Of a stretch of DNA of 19,069 nt, positions 17,249 to 19,069 are shown piece after piece (the first letter of the stretch is position 1; each line of letters opens with the position of its first letter). The position numbers and the translations under genes were made by a program. Origin of the DNA: Chthonomonadales bacterium (GTDB lineage Bacteria > Armatimonadota > Chthonomonadetes > Chthonomonadales > Chthonomonadaceae); NCBI GenBank assembly GCA_038217285.1, contig JBBQPO010000102.1:1-19069 (forward strand). The letters are read 5' to 3'. The notes below the pieces were generated by a model, which had not been told where the DNA came from, did not search any database, and was given only the letters and a program-made list of their open reading frames with translations.

Positions 17249-17494
17249 CTACTGAGTGTTGTGTCGCGAAAGCCAGGTTTCCAGATCGACCGACGTCTTG
17301 AACTCGAAGAGTGCTTCTCCAAGGTCATTGAGTTGTTCGGAGGACAGGTGATTGAGTCGCTCCGTAATCCCGGAAGAGACGGAGCCAAAACGACGGTGAA
17401 TCAGATGGGCAATAATCTCTTCTTTCCCCTCCTGTATGCCTTCCTCTTTGCCCTCTTCCCAACCTTTTCTCACCCACGGGTTCATCAGTTCCAT
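17249..17494 (-). CDS. Putative in-frame internal small protein (RpnS-like intragenic antitoxin), 81 aa
   Basis: AAGGAGG (17506-17500), 5 nt, then in-frame ATG 17494, exactly at the start of the C-terminal domain (MELMNPWVRKGWEEG...). Confidence 0.6.
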   Translation of the reverse strand: MELMNPWVRKGWEEGKEEGIQEGKEEIIAHLIHRRFGSVSSGITERLNHLSSEQLNDLGEALFEFKTSVDLETWLSRHNTQ

Positions 17495-18175
17495 ATTTGC
17501 CTCCTTCTCAGCGGGAGTTAGTTTCGCAAACTCCCGCTCATACTGCTTCATCTCCTCAGCATTTAGTTGCAGGTAAGTCCCAATAAATCCGCCGATTAGT
17601 TGCGACCGGGCGGGATCGAGTTTGAGGGTTGCCAATAGCCGTAGACACTCCATGCGCACTTTTGGTCTGTCCCTGGGCGCAATCTTCATTTTCGCCATTA
17701 GTGCGCTTGCCACTGGATTGGGCGTCGAGACATAATTGCGCCACGACAGCCGATTCAACTGTATCACGTCATAATCGAATTGTAACACAGTTTTACCGGG
17801 AAAGGCTATCTGGTACCGGTGTGGTTCGGGGCGCTGTGGCGCATCATGGGAGAAGAGCACAACCGGGTAGATGGGCAGGTGGTACTTCTGATGCAGGCGA
17901 GCGAAGTAGGAGAACATGCGCTCAGGGAAGTCCGATTGTGTCTTAGACTGGTTTTCGACATGGACAAGGAAGAAAGCCTCCTCTCCCTGAAAACGAGTCT
18001 TCACCAGCAGATCGACTTCGTGCTTCTCGCCAGCCGTGACGTCGGTGAAGACCTCCTTATCCAGAAACTCGATAGAGGTTGGGTCCAGGTAGAGGGCCAC
18101 ATCGGGCAGGAAGAGCTGCACGAACTCGACAAAGAAAGCAGTCAGGAGTTCCTTAAACAGGCGATCATGATCCAT
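17249..18175 (-). CDS. Rpn/YhgA-like PD-(D/E)XK nuclease (putative transposase) with C-terminal DUF4351-type domain, 308 aa
   Basis: DHDRLFKELL..FF.EF, EVDLLVK, LVHVENQS, FPERMFSY, LPIYPVVLF; C-terminal GWEEGKEEGIQEG..RRFG..LSSEQLNDLGEALFEF..DLETWL. Confidence 0.88.
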   Translation of the reverse strand: MDHDRLFKELLTAFFVEFVQLFLPDVALYLDPTSIEFLDKEVFTDVTAGEKHEVDLLVKTRFQGEEAFFLVHVENQSKTQSDFPERMFSYFARLHQKYHLPIYPVVLFSHDAPQRPEPHRYQIAFPGKTVLQFDYDVIQLNRLSWRNYVSTPNPVASALMAKMKIAPRDRPKVRMECLRLLATLKLDPARSQLIGGFIGTYLQLNAEEMKQYEREFAKLTPAEKEANMELMNPWVRKGWEEGKEEGIQEGKEEIIAHLIHRRFGSVSSGITERLNHLSSEQLNDLGEALFEFKTSVDLETWLSRHNTQ

Positions 18176-18386
18176 AGTAGACTATTGTACCCGATGGCAA
18201 GGTGCCAATTTGTCAGCAGAGGCACTGTATGGCCCTGTTTAATTTGGTGAGGATCGCAGGAAAGTAGATCGTCTGCACGGAATATAATGGGGCCTCTGGT
18301 CGTTCGCCGTACTTCTCTCCTCGTCATCATCGCCTTGAAAGCGTGGCTTGTTCATAGCAAAGCCACAAATCCTTTGACAGAAAACT

Positions 18387-19069
18387 ATGCTTACACTTAA
18401 AAATGCTTGCCATCCACGCCTATCAGTATTCGATTCGACTCAGCGTGACACCGTCCATGATCTGCTTGACCTGACGGAAGATCGACTTGATCCGCGTCAT
18501 TTTTTCGAGGAAAACTATGCGACACAGGGAATGAAGACCCTTCTGGATGAATCGTTTAAACGGCTGGAAGGGGGTGCACAGGCCCAAGGGGTGTTTCGGC
18601 TCAGCCAGTCTATGGGTGGGGGCAAGACTCATAACCTCATCGCTTTGGGACTTCTTGCAAAGCACCCCGAGTGGCGCGAAGCGGTCATGAAGGAATTCCA
18701 TAAGCCGAATGCTTCGCTCGGAGTTGTGCGCGTTGCCGCCTTCTCCGGCAGACAGAATGATGTTCCCTTCGGCATCTGGGGCGAAATCGCGCGGCAGATC
18801 GGGAAAGAAGCAGAATTCGCGCCCTACTACGCGCCGCTGGCTGCGCCCGGTCAGGAAGCCTGGATCAATCTCCTGCGGGGCGAGCCTCTCGTGATCCTGT
18901 TGGACGAACTGCCGCCATACTTCAATAATGCCCGAACCAAGCCCATCGGGATGGGAACATTGGCCGACCTGACGACAACGGCACTGGCGAACCTGATGAT
19001 TGCTGTCAGCAGCAATAAGCTCGAAAATGTTGTGCTTGTCCTCACGGATCTATCCGGTACGTCTTACCA
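18387..19069 (+). CDS. DUF499-family AAA+ ATPase, N-terminal part (runs off window; not in ORF track)
   Basis: Manual translation from ATG 18387 has no stop: MLTLKNACHPRLSVFD...FFEENYATQGMKTLL...GVFRLSQSMGGGKTHNLIAL (Walker A)...GIWGEIARQIG...APG...PLVILLDELPPY (Walker B). Confidence 0.88.
   Translation, partial: MLTLKNACHPRLSVFDSTQRDTVHDLLDLTEDRLDPRHFFEENYATQGMKTLLDESFKRLEGGAQAQGVFRLSQSMGGGKTHNLIALGLLAKHPEWREAVMKEFHKPNASLGVVRVAAFSGRQNDVPFGIWGEIARQIGKEAEFAPYYAPLAAPGQEAWINLLRGEPLVILLDELPPYFNNARTKPIGMGTLADLTTTALANLMIAVSSNKLENVVLVLTDLSGTSY

Overview
GC-rich bacterial DNA. The gene repertoire and style suggest Armatimonadota or a similar soil lineage, but this is inference only. Left to right: the 3' end of an SGNH/GDSL hydrolase; a small acidic hypothetical (immunity-like) gene; an intact antitoxin-VapC(PIN) pair; a ~1646-aa exported DUF3160 + TPR + beta-propeller protein; a 288-bp MITE with 18-bp terminal inverted repeats, a 10-bp target duplication and nested internal palindromes; an AbrB/MazE antitoxin whose VapC partner is a frameshifted, truncated remnant; a SitI3-like immunity gene coupled to a divergent uvrA; an MGDG-synthase/UgtP-type glycosyltransferase; a tightly coupled three-gene operon; an Rpn/DUF4351 nuclease with an internal translation start; and the 5' end of a DUF499 ATPase that is absent from the ORF track. 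The three-gene operon encodes a glutaminase-dead asparagine-synthetase-like ligase, an archaeosine RaSEA-like radical SAM enzyme and a PrnC-like flavin halogenase. It is the best candidate for an undescribed pathway. All family calls come from motif recognition by eye, not from database searches.
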